64,000 nucleotides of DNA, from positions 167,715 to 231,714 of the IMG/VR virus record IMGVR_UViG_3300009031_000368; one strand, written 5' to 3'. The stretch is from a virus. Lineage: Duplodnaviria > Caudoviricetes. Both the position numbers and the translations under genes were made by a program. The stretch's first letter is position 1, and every line of letters begins with the position of its first letter. Of the stretch, positions 1 through 9,607 are shown one piece after another. Under the pieces are notes generated by a model. It did not search any database. It had not been told where the DNA came from and saw only the letters and a program-made list of their open reading frames with translations.

Positions 1-219
1 ATTGTCTTACAATTGCTTTGCGTAAATCATCATCACATATATCATCTCGTGTTATTGTTTCGCATTCGGTGCCGACCGGGATAACTAATCCCGCGAAGTT
101 CACATAATGCTCTCCGATACTTTTAACGATAATACGATCAGTCGTCACATTAATCATAATGTCTCACATAGTTTACATATACTATTGTTGTATGCTTTTA
201 TATTTTAAAATTGGAGAAC

Positions 220-690
220 ATGATGTCAGCAATAGATTCCATTAAATCAACAAACCCTACCAATCCGGGCATGATGATTGACAGTGAAACCAGGCTCGCA
301 CTTTTAGAAAAATCAGTCAATAGTCAAACCGGCACCATCCGTGAAGGTTTGAACGCACAGGTAAAGCACCTAGATCGCGTATCGCAAAGCCTTGAAAAAA
401 TCCGCGATAGAATGGAGCAGAGCTTTGACATGATGTCAAAAAACATGTCAGAACTTAACAGCACCATGTATCAACAGGGATTGATGATGATAAATTACCT
501 CCGATGGTATAACATCATGGGTATTGTCACCGTTGTTGCCGTCTGTATCCTGGCTGGATCCAATTTTTACTTCAAGTGGAAGGAAATTGAGCTTCGTTCA
601 GGCAGTCAAGCAACACACGTTATCACAGAATCAGCTCAAGCCGCAGGGAATCGGGAAACATCTGAAGTTCCGGTTGTCCCGCGCAATTGA
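220..690 (+). CDS. coiled-coil membrane protein (holin/XhlA-like architecture, uncertain)
   Basis: GGAG at 213-216 before ATGATG; long heptad-like region then a hydrophobic segment IMGIVTVVAVCILAG. Confidence 0.6.
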   Translation: MMSAIDSIKSTNPTNPGMMIDSETRLALLEKSVNSQTGTIREGLNAQVKHLDRVSQSLEKIRDRMEQSFDMMSKNMSELNSTMYQQGLMMINYLRWYNIMGIVTVVAVCILAGSNFYFKWKEIELRSGSQATHVITESAQAAGNRETSEVPVVPRN

Positions 691-701
691 TTGCATCCAG
701 C

Positions 702-1211
702 TTAATTCTGCCTATGCCATTGCTTCTTACCAGGCACGACTTCATAGCCGAGCCGCCGCATCAGATCCGATAATCCCTGCCTGGACAGCTTAATGTTCAT
801 ATCATCCAATACCGCAACAACGTCACAGGCAACAACGGTCGGTCGGTCTGACATCCACTCCACGATCTTAAGTTCCTGCTCATTGGTCATCTTCCTGCAT
901 ATGATGCCTGACTTCTTGTTATACGTCCGACCGATGACCTTGGGATTAATGCCGTGCTCGGCAAGGATCTTCCCAACATCGTAATAGGTAAGCGCCACAC
1001 CGACCTTCTCAGCTTCCACAAAAATATCTTTCCTGGTGATATTCTTTTGGGCTAGAATCTTTTCGATCTGTTGTTCCGTCAGCTTTTGTTTTTTTACTCT
1101 TGTTGTATCCATAACATATCCATCATGCAAAAGACAAAGGCCGGAGGCTTTCCCCCGGCCCGTCATCAACGTTGTTATACTTCCGACAGGTAAAGTACCC
1201 TGTCTCGCCAC
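702..1211 (-). CDS. tandem HTH DNA-binding protein (IS630/homeodomain-like HTH repeats)
   Basis: Two similar units, KLTEQQIEKIL...VGKILAEHGI and KMTNEQELKIV...LSDLMRRLGY; no DDE domain; true start probably MDTTRVKK. Confidence 0.55.
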   Translation of the reverse strand: MARQGTLPVGSITTLMTGRGKASGLCLLHDGYVMDTTRVKKQKLTEQQIEKILAQKNITRKDIFVEAEKVGVALTYYDVGKILAEHGINPKVIGRTYNKKSGIICRKMTNEQELKIVEWMSDRPTVVACDVVAVLDDMNIKLSRQGLSDLMRRLGYEVVPGKKQWHRQN

Positions 1212-1477
1212 TCCACACGTACCCTGTCACGAGTCATCGACAGAAGGAGCATCGCAGTAACGATCGGGCTCTGCTTCGATGCCGACATTCCACCACTCTT
1301 AAGCTTTCGTCGTTTGACGGCTCCACTTCCCATCCCAATATCCCGCTTGGCTCGAGCCAGTAACCGAGATGGGAAAACGAGACTCTTGGTTGCCGTATCC
1401 AACAGAACTCCACGCTTAAGACTAATCAGCATGACATACCTCCAAACGTACAGGTTCATTGACTGAGATGAATCCAT
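1175..1477 (-). CDS. hypothetical protein
   Basis: ORF in the minus-strand gene string. Confidence 0.5.
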   Translation of the reverse strand: MDSSQSMNLYVWRYVMLISLKRGVLLDTATKSLVFPSRLLARAKRDIGMGSGAVKRRKLKSGGMSASKQSPIVTAMLLLSMTRDRVRVEWRDRVLYLSEV

Positions 1478-2126
1478 TGATGGGGATTCCCCATCTGGAA
1501 TTGAGAAGCTTGTAACCGATCCTACCGTCCTTCAAACCTTCCGACAGCTGAATACGTCGTCCAGATTTTGTCAATACGACCTTACCCATATGCTTGCCGG
1601 CCTTCTCGAAACCGTCTGGCAACACTCGATCCATCCTGTCGAAACAGCTGTACAGATCAACAGTTTGTCCTACCGGACGTCCTGTCGCCATGTTTAACTG
1701 TCGGCAGATCCACTCCCACGTAGAAGTGAACCCAACCCTGTCAGCCTTACTGGAATCATAGCCAAGAGCCGCCTTCAACCCATCTTCATCAAGACTGACC
1801 AGTTGAGCTGTCGTTGAGATGCCAGCAGCCAACAGTCGCTTCACGGCTCTGGCCGGAACATCTTTCTCGAATTCTGCATGCTCATCTGCCGACGCCGATT
1901 CATCGGACGAATCAGCGTCATTCTCAATAACCGCCACCGGCTCTCGGTACAGCTCAAGCGCCTTCAACACGCTGGCATACCCTGACCGATCGACGATGTC
2001 TGGATTAAACCCGACGATTTCCTTGATTTCATCGTGGCTCAATGCCTTCAGCTGTTGCATATCGGTAACGCCGTAACTGGCAAGTTTCGCGGCAGCACGC
2101 GAGCTCATCATGAATCCGTCAAACAT
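1422..2126 (-). CDS. protein with two RNA polymerase alpha-CTD-like (HhH) repeats
   Basis: SSRAAAKLASYGVTDMQQLKALSHDEIKEIVG and PARAVKRLLAAGISTTAQLVSLDEDGLKAALG resemble the alphaCTD pattern; GGAG RBS; own promoter. Confidence 0.55.
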   Translation of the reverse strand: MFDGFMMSSRAAAKLASYGVTDMQQLKALSHDEIKEIVGFNPDIVDRSGYASVLKALELYREPVAVIENDADSSDESASADEHAEFEKDVPARAVKRLLAAGISTTAQLVSLDEDGLKAALGYDSSKADRVGFTSTWEWICRQLNMATGRPVGQTVDLYSCFDRMDRVLPDGFEKAGKHMGKVVLTKSGRRIQLSEGLKDGRIGYKLLNSRWGIPINGFISVNEPVRLEVCHAD

Positions 2127-2168
2127 CGTCGCAATCTCCCAGCCGTTGAATCATCAAAATCTGATTAC

Positions 2169-2197
2169 AATATAGCATGCCGGTCTGTTTTTGTCAA
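2169..2197 (-). promoter_or_regulatory. sigma70-type promoter
   Basis: TTGACA-17 nt-TATATT with extended -10 TG. Confidence 0.85.
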
Positions 2198-2204
2198 GAG
2201 AAAA

Positions 2205-2414
2205 TTAACACCGCGCCACGATATCGCGTTCCAGCACTTCGACGAACCTATCGGTAATCAGGTCATCAACCAGCCACTTGCCGTTGGGCAGCGATTTAAC
2301 CAGCATACCGGCCGATACGCCGTCATGGATGTGACCATAGACCGACCTAGCCTTACGCTTCGAGTAGACTTTGAAGTAGTAATTCCTACCTCTACGAATA
2401 TTCTTGCCATTCAT
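2205..2414 (-). CDS. hypothetical protein
   Basis: ORF in gene string. Confidence 0.55.
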   Translation of the reverse strand: MNGKNIRRGRNYYFKVYSKRKARSVYGHIHDGVSAGMLVKSLPNGKWLVDDLITDRFVEVLERDIVARC

Positions 2415-2435
2415 TGCTGTTCCTCAAAGTCTCGA

Positions 2436-2771
2436 TTAATCTACCAACAGCTCGGCCAAATCCTGAAGTTCGGAATAAACTTCAGAATATCCGGCAGAAT
2501 GCCCACGATCCCATGCCATATTGAAAGCCTTTTCAGCCTTTGGATGGCCAAATAGACCAACATCATCCAGCGCATCACGCTTGAAGAGATCCTCCAACCG
2601 CCGCGATTCCGCGTTATATGCGTCAATGGCAGCCTGGCGCGATTCCCGTTCATTCTCGTACTTATCAAGCTCAGAAGCATGCCGCCTGAAATCATCCGGC
2701 GTTTTAAGATTCAACATCGACGGCTTACTTACTTGGGCGATCAGGATACGCCATATTGTTCTTGTACGCAT
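2436..2771 (-). CDS. phage-type hypothetical protein
   Basis: FKRDALDDVGLFGHPKAEKAFNMAWDRGHSAGYSEVY resembles a motif I recall from large-phage hypotheticals. Confidence 0.65.
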   Translation of the reverse strand: MRTRTIWRILIAQVSKPSMLNLKTPDDFRRHASELDKYENERESRQAAIDAYNAESRRLEDLFKRDALDDVGLFGHPKAEKAFNMAWDRGHSAGYSEVYSELQDLAELLVD

Positions 2772-2802
2772 CGAAATTCATAACACTTCCTTTCTTGCAA
2801 TT

Positions 2803-3024
2803 TTACTCGTAGAAATATCGCCAGTATCCATTGCATTTCCAGTGAATTGCCATATCGGGATGTTCCGTCAATGACGTTGTATACAACCTGAAATTCTCGA
2901 TATTACAGCCTTCAAGCTGTGCCTTATTCCGAAAGGCGTTTTCGGCAAACACAGCGTTTTCTGCTTCAATATAGAGAACAGCAAGAAGACCCATGAAGGA
3001 ACCAGTCACGATAAAGCGCGTCAT
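2803..3024 (-). CDS. small membrane-anchored/secreted protein
   Basis: N-terminal hydrophobic segment; directly downstream of promoter 3072-3100. Confidence 0.6.
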   Translation of the reverse strand: MTRFIVTGSFMGLLAVLYIEAENAVFAENAFRNKAQLEGCNIENFRLYTTSLTEHPDMAIHWKCNGYWRYFYE

Positions 3025-3071
3025 AGCCGTTCCATTCGTTCATCAACGGTTTCAAATCATCAACTAAGGAC

Positions 3072-3100
3072 AATATACGACACGACGGCACAGAAGTCAA
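3072..3100 (-). promoter_or_regulatory. sigma70-type promoter
   Basis: TTGACT-17 nt-TATATT. Confidence 0.8.
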
Positions 3101-3109
3101 GAGGAATTT

Positions 3110-3436
3110 TCAATTATTTTGCAACAAGGGTTGTAGCGCTTCGATCCACTCGCTGCAATCGGTCCCCATTCGTAAAGTCACATCAACGTACTGACTATTC
3201 TCAAATGATGCCGTATAGAGAATCAGCTTTTTGTCCGGGTATTCGGTACGGATTGTTCTGATGTAATCGCCAGGCTCTCCAAATGTCGCCCCGACACCGT
3301 TCCAGTCGCAAATCACGATATCGTAATCTTCTACGTCTCCAACATGTATATCATAACTGACGTCTACCAGATAACCCCGCAATCCCAACAATTCAGCAAG
3401 CGGGAATCCGTTGTCGTTGATGGCAAGGATCTTCAT
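3110..3436 (-). CDS. stand-alone atypical response-regulator receiver domain
   Basis: MKILAIND...YDIVICDW...KLILYTA pattern; GGAG RBS; conserved Lys (KP) missing. Confidence 0.65.
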   Translation of the reverse strand: MKILAINDNGFPLAELLGLRGYLVDVSYDIHVGDVEDYDIVICDWNGVGATFGEPGDYIRTIRTEYPDKKLILYTASFENSQYVDVTLRMGTDCSEWIEALQPLLQNN

Positions 3437-3465
3437 CGTTGGCTCCAAGTTCAAAGTACGAAGAC

Positions 3466-3494
3466 ATAATGACATGACTACGGGGAATTGTCAA
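3466..3494 (-). promoter_or_regulatory. sigma70-type promoter
   Basis: TTGACA-17 nt-CATTAT. Confidence 0.7.
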
Positions 3495-3506
3495 GCAGAA
3501 TTTATA

Positions 3507-3818
3507 TCAGGCCAGCACAATGGTTTGTGATACCGTGAACATCGATTCGACACGTTCGCGGAGCATCTTAACAAGATGCGTTCGTGAGTCTTTTGTCAGT
3601 TTAGCTTGAAAATTAGCAAGGTGCTCTTCCGCCTTATCGGCGTAAAGTTTAGCGGCATAAAGCGGGAAATCAGAACTCCCATCGCTCAACAGTACCAGCT
3701 GAAAAGTAGCGTCCCTGCTAATGGTGAATGTGGCCGGTACGCCTTCAAATCCGACGATGAAACGTTCACCATCGCCCATAACACTGATCCGTATATCTGA
3801 TTCATTGATATGTTTCAT
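3507..3818 (-). CDS. hypothetical protein
   Basis: ORF with GGA RBS; overlaps the upstream stop. Confidence 0.65.
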   Translation of the reverse strand: MKHINESDIRISVMGDGERFIVGFEGVPATFTISRDATFQLVLLSDGSSDFPLYAAKLYADKAEEHLANFQAKLTKDSRTHLVKMLRERVESMFTVSQTIVLA

Positions 3819-4093
3819 GTTTCCTTCCTGTTGTGTTCACAAATCGGACAATCTGTCTTATCAACTTGCTGAAATACTACATCTGTTTCTTCGACGTCTG
3901 GAATAAATTCCGTGCATCCGATCGGTTCAAGGTTTAATGATGGTGCAAGTATGATATGATGCTTTTGCCATGGCACAAACATTGGAACATCGATGCCCGA
4001 TACCTGGTAGTATGTTGTACCGTTGTCGCTAACGTTCATGACTTGATTGATAATGAGATCTCCAACAACCGTTCGATAATTTATAGCATACAT
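3815..4093 (-). CDS. hypothetical protein
   Basis: ORF; C-terminal CxxC. Confidence 0.6.
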   Translation of the reverse strand: MYAINYRTVVGDLIINQVMNVSDNGTTYYQVSGIDVPMFVPWQKHHIILAPSLNLEPIGCTEFIPDVEETDVVFQQVDKTDCPICEHNRKET

Positions 4094-4117
4094 GGTATTA
4101 CTTCCTACATAGGTCGT

Positions 4118-4345
4118 TCATTCCGTGAAACAATCCACCAGCCAATCGAATACATCGGCAACATCTGTACTTTTTACATCTACACTCACATTCCAATCGG
4201 TTCCGACTGTGAAATATCGATGACAATGATACTGTCCAGCAAACCCAGATAGCACCACCAATACTTCCGATTCATCACGCTGGAAATACCTGATTATCGT
4301 TAATCCATTTTCCCATACGTGGCGTAGCCGTTCAAGCGTATCCAT
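4118..4345 (-). CDS. hypothetical protein
   Basis: ORF in gene string. Confidence 0.6.
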   Translation of the reverse strand: MDTLERLRHVWENGLTIIRYFQRDESEVLVVLSGFAGQYHCHRYFTVGTDWNVSVDVKSTDVADVFDWLVDCFTE

Positions 4346-4347
4346 TC

Positions 4348-4959
4348 TTACTCCACCACAACGATATCTACGTCACAGATACCGATTTCTAGCCTGTTGT
4401 AGACGATGTTCCCAGAATTTCGGACAAGCTTGTCCCCATCCTGAAATGCATGACTGTATGGCATTGGGGTCCATGTCGTCCATTCCAGCCAGCTCTTTTC
4501 GCTTGATGTATACGTTACGCCATCAATAACGACTTGCTTTGGCTCTTTATCTTGAACTCTGTATCGCCAGTCGTATTCCCATACCACCACGAGTCCAAGC
4601 TTATCGGTATCGATTCCGCTTTCATGTAGAGCTAGCATCGAACTATGAACAATACGTTCCCTGACTGAAGCCTTAACGACCTTATAGGTGAGGCGGTTTG
4701 GCCTATACTCAATTTCCACACAATCCTTATTAAGCGAACCGACAATGGCTGTCTTTAAACGTTCGATCTCCCGCAAAATGCTATCAGCGAAGCATTCCAT
4801 TACACGTTCGGCATTGTGGGTAAACACACCGGCCATGTCTGATACTAAACGCTCCGGATCCACGTAATGGTATGATGTCCGGATCTTTCGCCATTCGTCA
4901 CACAATGCGTCCAATCTAGAGATGTCGGAATCGAAACAGTTTACTTTGAAATAAATCAT
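4348..4959 (-). CDS. hypothetical protein
   Basis: 203-aa ORF, tightly packed. Confidence 0.7.
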   Translation of the reverse strand: MIYFKVNCFDSDISRLDALCDEWRKIRTSYHYVDPERLVSDMAGVFTHNAERVMECFADSILREIERLKTAIVGSLNKDCVEIEYRPNRLTYKVVKASVRERIVHSSMLALHESGIDTDKLGLVVVWEYDWRYRVQDKEPKQVVIDGVTYTSSEKSWLEWTTWTPMPYSHAFQDGDKLVRNSGNIVYNRLEIGICDVDIVVVE

Positions 4960-4994
4960 ACATTGCCCTTACGCTATCAACTGCTTCAACGTTG

Positions 4995-5816
4995 TTAATC
5001 GATGTGTGCGACAGCGACATTTAAATCATGATCAGCATCTTTGTCGCAAGAATCTAAATACTCACAAATCGAATACAGCATGGTTCTGCGCAATTGATTG
5101 CACGCCTGGTTGTCGCAAACAAAGTAATCCTCACAGTATGTATCTTCACAGTCACCGCGCGACACATACATGAACGCGGCACGGCCATCATACCAGAACG
5201 AATCGATGGTAACGAAACTGTTGTCACAGTCCAAAACGTGTTGATGTCGGCGAACCTCACAACCTCGTACTACAATTTCAGAATATCGGTCACCGTTAAG
5301 ACCATCCACCAAATAATCTAGATGACGCCAAACCTCATCACATTCAATCACGGTGTATGGGAAGTTTAGCGCGTCAGCGACCGTAGGTCGATACAATGCC
5401 TTTATACGAACAATTTCGCTTTGCTCTAATGCTACAAATTTAGAATCTTGCTCGAGCCAGTCGATCCAATCTCCAACGTCGCTGGACTGTATCAGCTCTT
5501 CCCTTGTGTCGAGAGGCTTCCAGTGCTCCAGCACTTCAATTAAATCTTCATCCGTAGCCAAACAGTTTGTAACTCTATCGCCAGAACCTGTCACGTCTTC
5601 AGGAAATTTCATGCATTCGGCCCATTCCCCATCACCGGCATGGAATGTGCCATCACCGTTACTTACAGCGACTTCCCTGAACCATCGTGGTTCTCCGTTA
5701 AGCAGCTTCCCGGTGAAGAACCGAAGGATGGTTTCGTTTCGGATCCTTCTCATATAAAGCTTACCTGTAACGATGTTTTCCATGATGGTCTCACTTCGCG
5801 GTTGAATCGGCAACAA
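4995..5816 (-). CDS. hypothetical protein
   Basis: 273-aa acidic ORF; start probably MENIVTG. Confidence 0.7.
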   Translation of the reverse strand: MLPIQPRSETIMENIVTGKLYMRRIRNETILRFFTGKLLNGEPRWFREVAVSNGDGTFHAGDGEWAECMKFPEDVTGSGDRVTNCLATDEDLIEVLEHWKPLDTREELIQSSDVGDWIDWLEQDSKFVALEQSEIVRIKALYRPTVADALNFPYTVIECDEVWRHLDYLVDGLNGDRYSEIVVRGCEVRRHQHVLDCDNSFVTIDSFWYDGRAAFMYVSRGDCEDTYCEDYFVCDNQACNQLRRTMLYSICEYLDSCDKDADHDLNVAVAHID

Positions 5817-6108
5817 TCTTCCATGTCGTTCCGTATATCACAGCATGATCGATATGTCGGGAACTTTTGTGCTCAGCAACAATCATCGCTTCCAGGATAC
5901 GGATCGCACGACGGACAGCCTTCCTCGCATTCCTGGACGTTCTGTAACAACAGGTATTGATTGCAGCTAAACGAAACAATCCGTTGATAACGGCATATTC
6001 AATAGTTGTTGTCCCGCCAGACAGATAAAACGTAGCTGTTTCAACGCTGAACGTTTTGTGACGTTTGGTTATTTTCCGAGAAACTGATTCTGGCATATAT
6101 TGCTCCAA
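5791..6108 (-). CDS. hypothetical protein
   Basis: First ORF after promoter 6127-6155. Confidence 0.6.
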   Translation of the reverse strand: MEQYMPESVSRKITKRHKTFSVETATFYLSGGTTTIEYAVINGLFRLAAINTCCYRTSRNARKAVRRAIRILEAMIVAEHKSSRHIDHAVIYGTTWKIVADSTAK

Positions 6109-6126
6109 CGTTTAGTCATCGGTGGC

Positions 6127-6155
6127 AATATAGCATAACGGGCGGATTTTGTCAA
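6127..6155 (-). promoter_or_regulatory. sigma70-type promoter
   Basis: TTGACA-17 nt-TATATT with extended -10 TG. Confidence 0.85.
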
Positions 6156-6279
6156 GCAGTATTTTTGATTTTGCACTCGTCTGGCGTGTTATCGACGATT
6201 GTTTTGCGAACGTCGGTAGATTTTCGCAATCGTTTCATCGTCAACCGGTACTGTTATTTTGGCTAGGATTAACCGATAA

Positions 6280-6735
6280 TTATCGCCTGGTATTTTTATG
6301 TCTGAAGTATTTTACAATGTATTCATCTCCGACAGTAATTTTCATTACAGCAGATGAAGTTAGATTTACTTTTAAAGATGGTTCCTGTTGTTCTCTGCCA
6401 AGCATCCTCAATGTCATATTCCAAACACTTTCGCATGCTGGCTGTAGGTTCCTTGGCAGAACGCTAAGATTTTTCACAACAGCTTCTACATTGCTGGTAG
6501 AAAAAACAATGTCGGATGATTCAATGTGGGTAGGAGATTCATTCACATGAATATATTCATTCCTTAAGTTATTCTGTATTGCTTCCTCAAAAAAATTCCT
6601 AGCATCTTCAAGTTCATCATTGTCATAGCCATATCCATCGGCCCAATCTTCATCACTAACCGTTTTCTCGATTAGCTGTCGCCGTCTAGATATCAACTTA
6701 CTGTTTTCTAATTGTTTTGTTCTGTATTGCCTCAT
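6280..6735 (-). CDS. hypothetical protein (possible frameshifted C-terminus to 6189)
   Basis: GAGG RBS; an alternative frame continues for 34 codons past an A5 run. Confidence 0.65.
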   Translation of the reverse strand: MRQYRTKQLENSKLISRRRQLIEKTVSDEDWADGYGYDNDELEDARNFFEEAIQNNLRNEYIHVNESPTHIESSDIVFSTSNVEAVVKNLSVLPRNLQPACESVWNMTLRMLGREQQEPSLKVNLTSSAVMKITVGDEYIVKYFRHKNTRR

Positions 6736-6748
6736 CTTTTTACCTCAT

Positions 6749-8689
6749 TTACCGGATCGGGCAACTTCCGCCCGCACATTCTTCAGTTTCAATCCATCCT
6801 TCTGTTGTCAATGGATGATTATAGTTAATTGCTCGATTCATGTCAACGAACGTATGTTCATCGATTGATTCATATGGTGGTTGCTGATATCCGTGGTCGC
6901 TTGGCAGGCAACTGGTAGACTTGAGCAATGGCACATACCGGCGCAGACAGTCGGCCAGTTCATCGATGTTGTTTTTATCAAACGTAATGGTTTGACTTAC
7001 CGCATTATCTGCCCAACTGGTTTGAACAGCTAGTTGGCGTGCGAACTGGTTTTCGACAGAATCATTCTTAACCGTGACTCGTGCAACCGATTGCATGGGG
7101 AAACTGAATACTAGCGTGTGGCCAGTTTTATCATACACACATGGCTCATATGTTAATCCGGCTTCCTTAAATGCACCAACCATTGGATCATTGTCGGCCA
7201 ACCTGACGCGACGAATGTAATACCGGTCGAATGCCGCATGGTTGCCAGGCGACGACCCGCAAAGCAAACTTATGGTGCCACTTGGCTTCACCGTAGTCTT
7301 TGTAATCGGCCGGTTAACACCAAGCTCATCGGCATAATGGTCTGCGCAATCAATTACATGATCTCGCCATGACACTAGCTGTTCGTTCGTCCAGCTAAAA
7401 TCACACAACCCACCAAGAGCAACGCCAATCCTCATATTCTGTTTACCGACCAAATCTGAAACAGGATCTATTAATGCCGGCAACCGCTGACGCATCGCAT
7501 ACCTGGTAGCAAGTGTCAGTCGCCGTGTGGCCGATATGGCGCCAACCCTAAGTGCTTGAAAAACCTCAGCTAAATTGCACGCCTCGCCATCCCATAGCGA
7601 TTGTTCGCCGCACGGATTAAATCCCGTTGCGAATGGATCAGTCTTCCATACATTGACCATGTTTACGATACCAGGTTCTCCAAACAGTGCCATATCGTTT
7701 GCAACACTATACCAATCAAATGATTGAATCTGTTCTTCACTTGTAAACATTAAGCTGTTATTGGATGTATGTCTGTGAGATAATACTTTTGCCAGGTCTT
7801 TTTTTGCATTTCTAAAGTCCATATCGTACGGATGCCCCAATATCAGCAAAGAACTCCTGCGCACGTTACCTGATTTGATACAGAAACCAATGTGGTTCGT
7901 GATATCCAGGCACTCAACAGAATTAAGTTTTCTGCCATGCGCACCATCCACAATCTGCCAAATCTCCATCAACATTCTAACAAGTGGTCCCGGGCCGCAT
8001 GCCACGCCTCCAAACGTTTTAATGACAGACCCGCGTTTGCGAATTCTACTGACATCGATCTCAATATGTTCACGTCGATATGCAGCATGCAATACCATTT
8101 GCAATGCTTCCACCCATCCTTCACGAGAGTCCGGCACGATGAATCTATGCTTTTGCATATACCCAATAGACTTGCGCTCCTTTTCAATCTCATAAACTGT
8201 ATCTATGACTTCTTTATAGTCTGCATGTCTCTCATCACATACGATATCAAGAAATGCAAACGGCTTATCACGTTTGCTGGAGACTACAGGCATTGTGTCA
8301 ATCTTCGCAAGACTAACTCCAACACCACCGCCGAGCATCAGTCTATCTGCAACCCAGCACCAATCATCAGGCTTAGAAATTTGTATATTCCAGCAGTTGA
8401 ACGCCGCATCCGGAACCATTCCCTTAACGCCTCCTGTCCATAATCCACGACCCGGTGGTAATGCCTGCATGGTCCAAAAACAGTCAAACAGTTGTTTGGC
8501 TTCATCGATGGTGCAACGTGGATCTAGATTACAGTTTCCTTCAACCACTCGCCTGATGGTATCGGTCCATGTTTCTCCATCACGACAATATTTGGTCAAA
8601 TATGTGGCGCGGGCCAACAGGTTCGGAAAGCAATCTCCTTTAATGTAGTATGGTGCAAGGAAGTCATAATCTAGTTCGATTCTCTTCAT
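6749..8689 (-). CDS. nrdJ: class II (adenosylcobalamin-dependent) ribonucleotide reductase, monomeric RTPR type
   Basis: PPGRGLW, AFNC, GFNPCGEQ finger loop, TTVKPSGT, C-terminal EECAGGSCPIR. Confidence 0.95.
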   Translation of the reverse strand: MKRIELDYDFLAPYYIKGDCFPNLLARATYLTKYCRDGETWTDTIRRVVEGNCNLDPRCTIDEAKQLFDCFWTMQALPPGRGLWTGGVKGMVPDAAFNCWNIQISKPDDWCWVADRLMLGGGVGVSLAKIDTMPVVSSKRDKPFAFLDIVCDERHADYKEVIDTVYEIEKERKSIGYMQKHRFIVPDSREGWVEALQMVLHAAYRREHIEIDVSRIRKRGSVIKTFGGVACGPGPLVRMLMEIWQIVDGAHGRKLNSVECLDITNHIGFCIKSGNVRRSSLLILGHPYDMDFRNAKKDLAKVLSHRHTSNNSLMFTSEEQIQSFDWYSVANDMALFGEPGIVNMVNVWKTDPFATGFNPCGEQSLWDGEACNLAEVFQALRVGAISATRRLTLATRYAMRQRLPALIDPVSDLVGKQNMRIGVALGGLCDFSWTNEQLVSWRDHVIDCADHYADELGVNRPITKTTVKPSGTISLLCGSSPGNHAAFDRYYIRRVRLADNDPMVGAFKEAGLTYEPCVYDKTGHTLVFSFPMQSVARVTVKNDSVENQFARQLAVQTSWADNAVSQTITFDKNNIDELADCLRRYVPLLKSTSCLPSDHGYQQPPYESIDEHTFVDMNRAINYNHPLTTEGWIETEECAGGSCPIR

Positions 8690-8832
8690 AAAATCCTCAA
8701 GAGGTAAAACGATTATACTACCTGTTGTATAGTTTGCTTGACATTACCACAACGGATAGTATGTGTTGTTGTTTGGTGGTAAGATGAAGTATATCTAGCT
8801 GATTGGAATCAGTCAATGGAGAAGAAGGCAGA

Positions 8833-9117
8833 TTAGCGGATTCCTGAAAGGTACCTGTCTAGCTGGTTTTCATCCATACTGGCAATACTCCAAACGCCCG
8901 CGCGCCGATCATGGTCGATAAAAACCACAGCGTCATCGCTTTTTACTACTCGCTTAACGTCGGCCGCATAATCGTTGCCAAACATCTTGTCTGGCGCTGG
9001 ATCATCAATGGCAACCTCACGCCTATCGCTACGAGTCAACGCCTGGCTTTTGTTAACCGCATAGTGGAGATTATAGTTGTCTGGAACATCTTTCAATAGC
9101 CGATATTCATACTTCAC
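8833..9117 (-). CDS. hypothetical protein
   Basis: ORF in gene string. Confidence 0.6.
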   Translation of the reverse strand: MKYEYRLLKDVPDNYNLHYAVNKSQALTRSDRREVAIDDPAPDKMFGNDYAADVKRVVKSDDAVVFIDHDRRAGVWSIASMDENQLDRYLSGIR

Positions 9118-9138
9118 TGCTTACCTCCTTATGGTTTA

Positions 9139-9447
9139 TCACGAGTTACTGACGTTGTCTGCAAGCCAATCAAAGATCCTGGCACGTAATGCGGTATCTC
9201 TAACGCGGTCTCGCTCATACGATTGCTGATATGCAACGAACAAGTCATAGTCTTTTTCGTATCCACGAAAGCCATACTGCTCAACCACATACCATTTGCC
9301 TTCAAACTCGAAGTCCAAGCGTTCTCCGTCACTGATATGGAGTCTACACAGGTTCAAGATATACTGTTCATTGCCTTGGCCATAAATCAGTTCAAATAAT
9401 CTGATCATCGGTAACCTCACATCGTCGACATTCCACGTAACTGTCAT
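9139..9447 (-). CDS. hypothetical protein
   Basis: ORF; start probably MIRLFEL. Confidence 0.55.
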   Translation of the reverse strand: MTVTWNVDDVRLPMIRLFELIYGQGNEQYILNLCRLHISDGERLDFEFEGKWYVVEQYGFRGYEKDYDLFVAYQQSYERDRVRDTALRARIFDWLADNVSNS

Positions 9448-9607
9448 CTTCGATAAACGTATAGGCTGGAATGTTCAAAATAGGATGATCTATGATACCT
9501 GTAATCGTATTGACTTTCAATCCTGATTTGAACGGCTTCGGTTCACGACCATGACGGTTGGCCGTTTTACTGCACCGTTTCCCGATATCGTCCATATAGC
9601 TTATCAT
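9392..9607 (-). CDS. phage-type hypothetical protein
   Basis: PKPFKSGLKVNTITGIIDHPILNIPAYTFIEDDSYVECRRC, a motif I recall from large phages. Confidence 0.65.
   Translation of the reverse strand: MISYMDDIGKRCSKTANRHGREPKPFKSGLKVNTITGIIDHPILNIPAYTFIEDDSYVECRRCEVTDDQII

Noticed and set aside
683-694. 12-bp motif as an FNR box or LacI/CcpA cre site
   Set aside because: FNR needs TTGAT-N4-ATCAA; cre-type sites need a central CG, whereas all exact copies have TG/CA. Most copies are mid-gene rather than at promoters.
702-1211. IS630 insertion sequence
   Set aside because: No DDE domain, terminal inverted repeats or TA duplication seen.
8716-8736. NrdR box upstream of nrdJ
   Set aside because: Only about 10/16 match to the consensus and no tandem second box.
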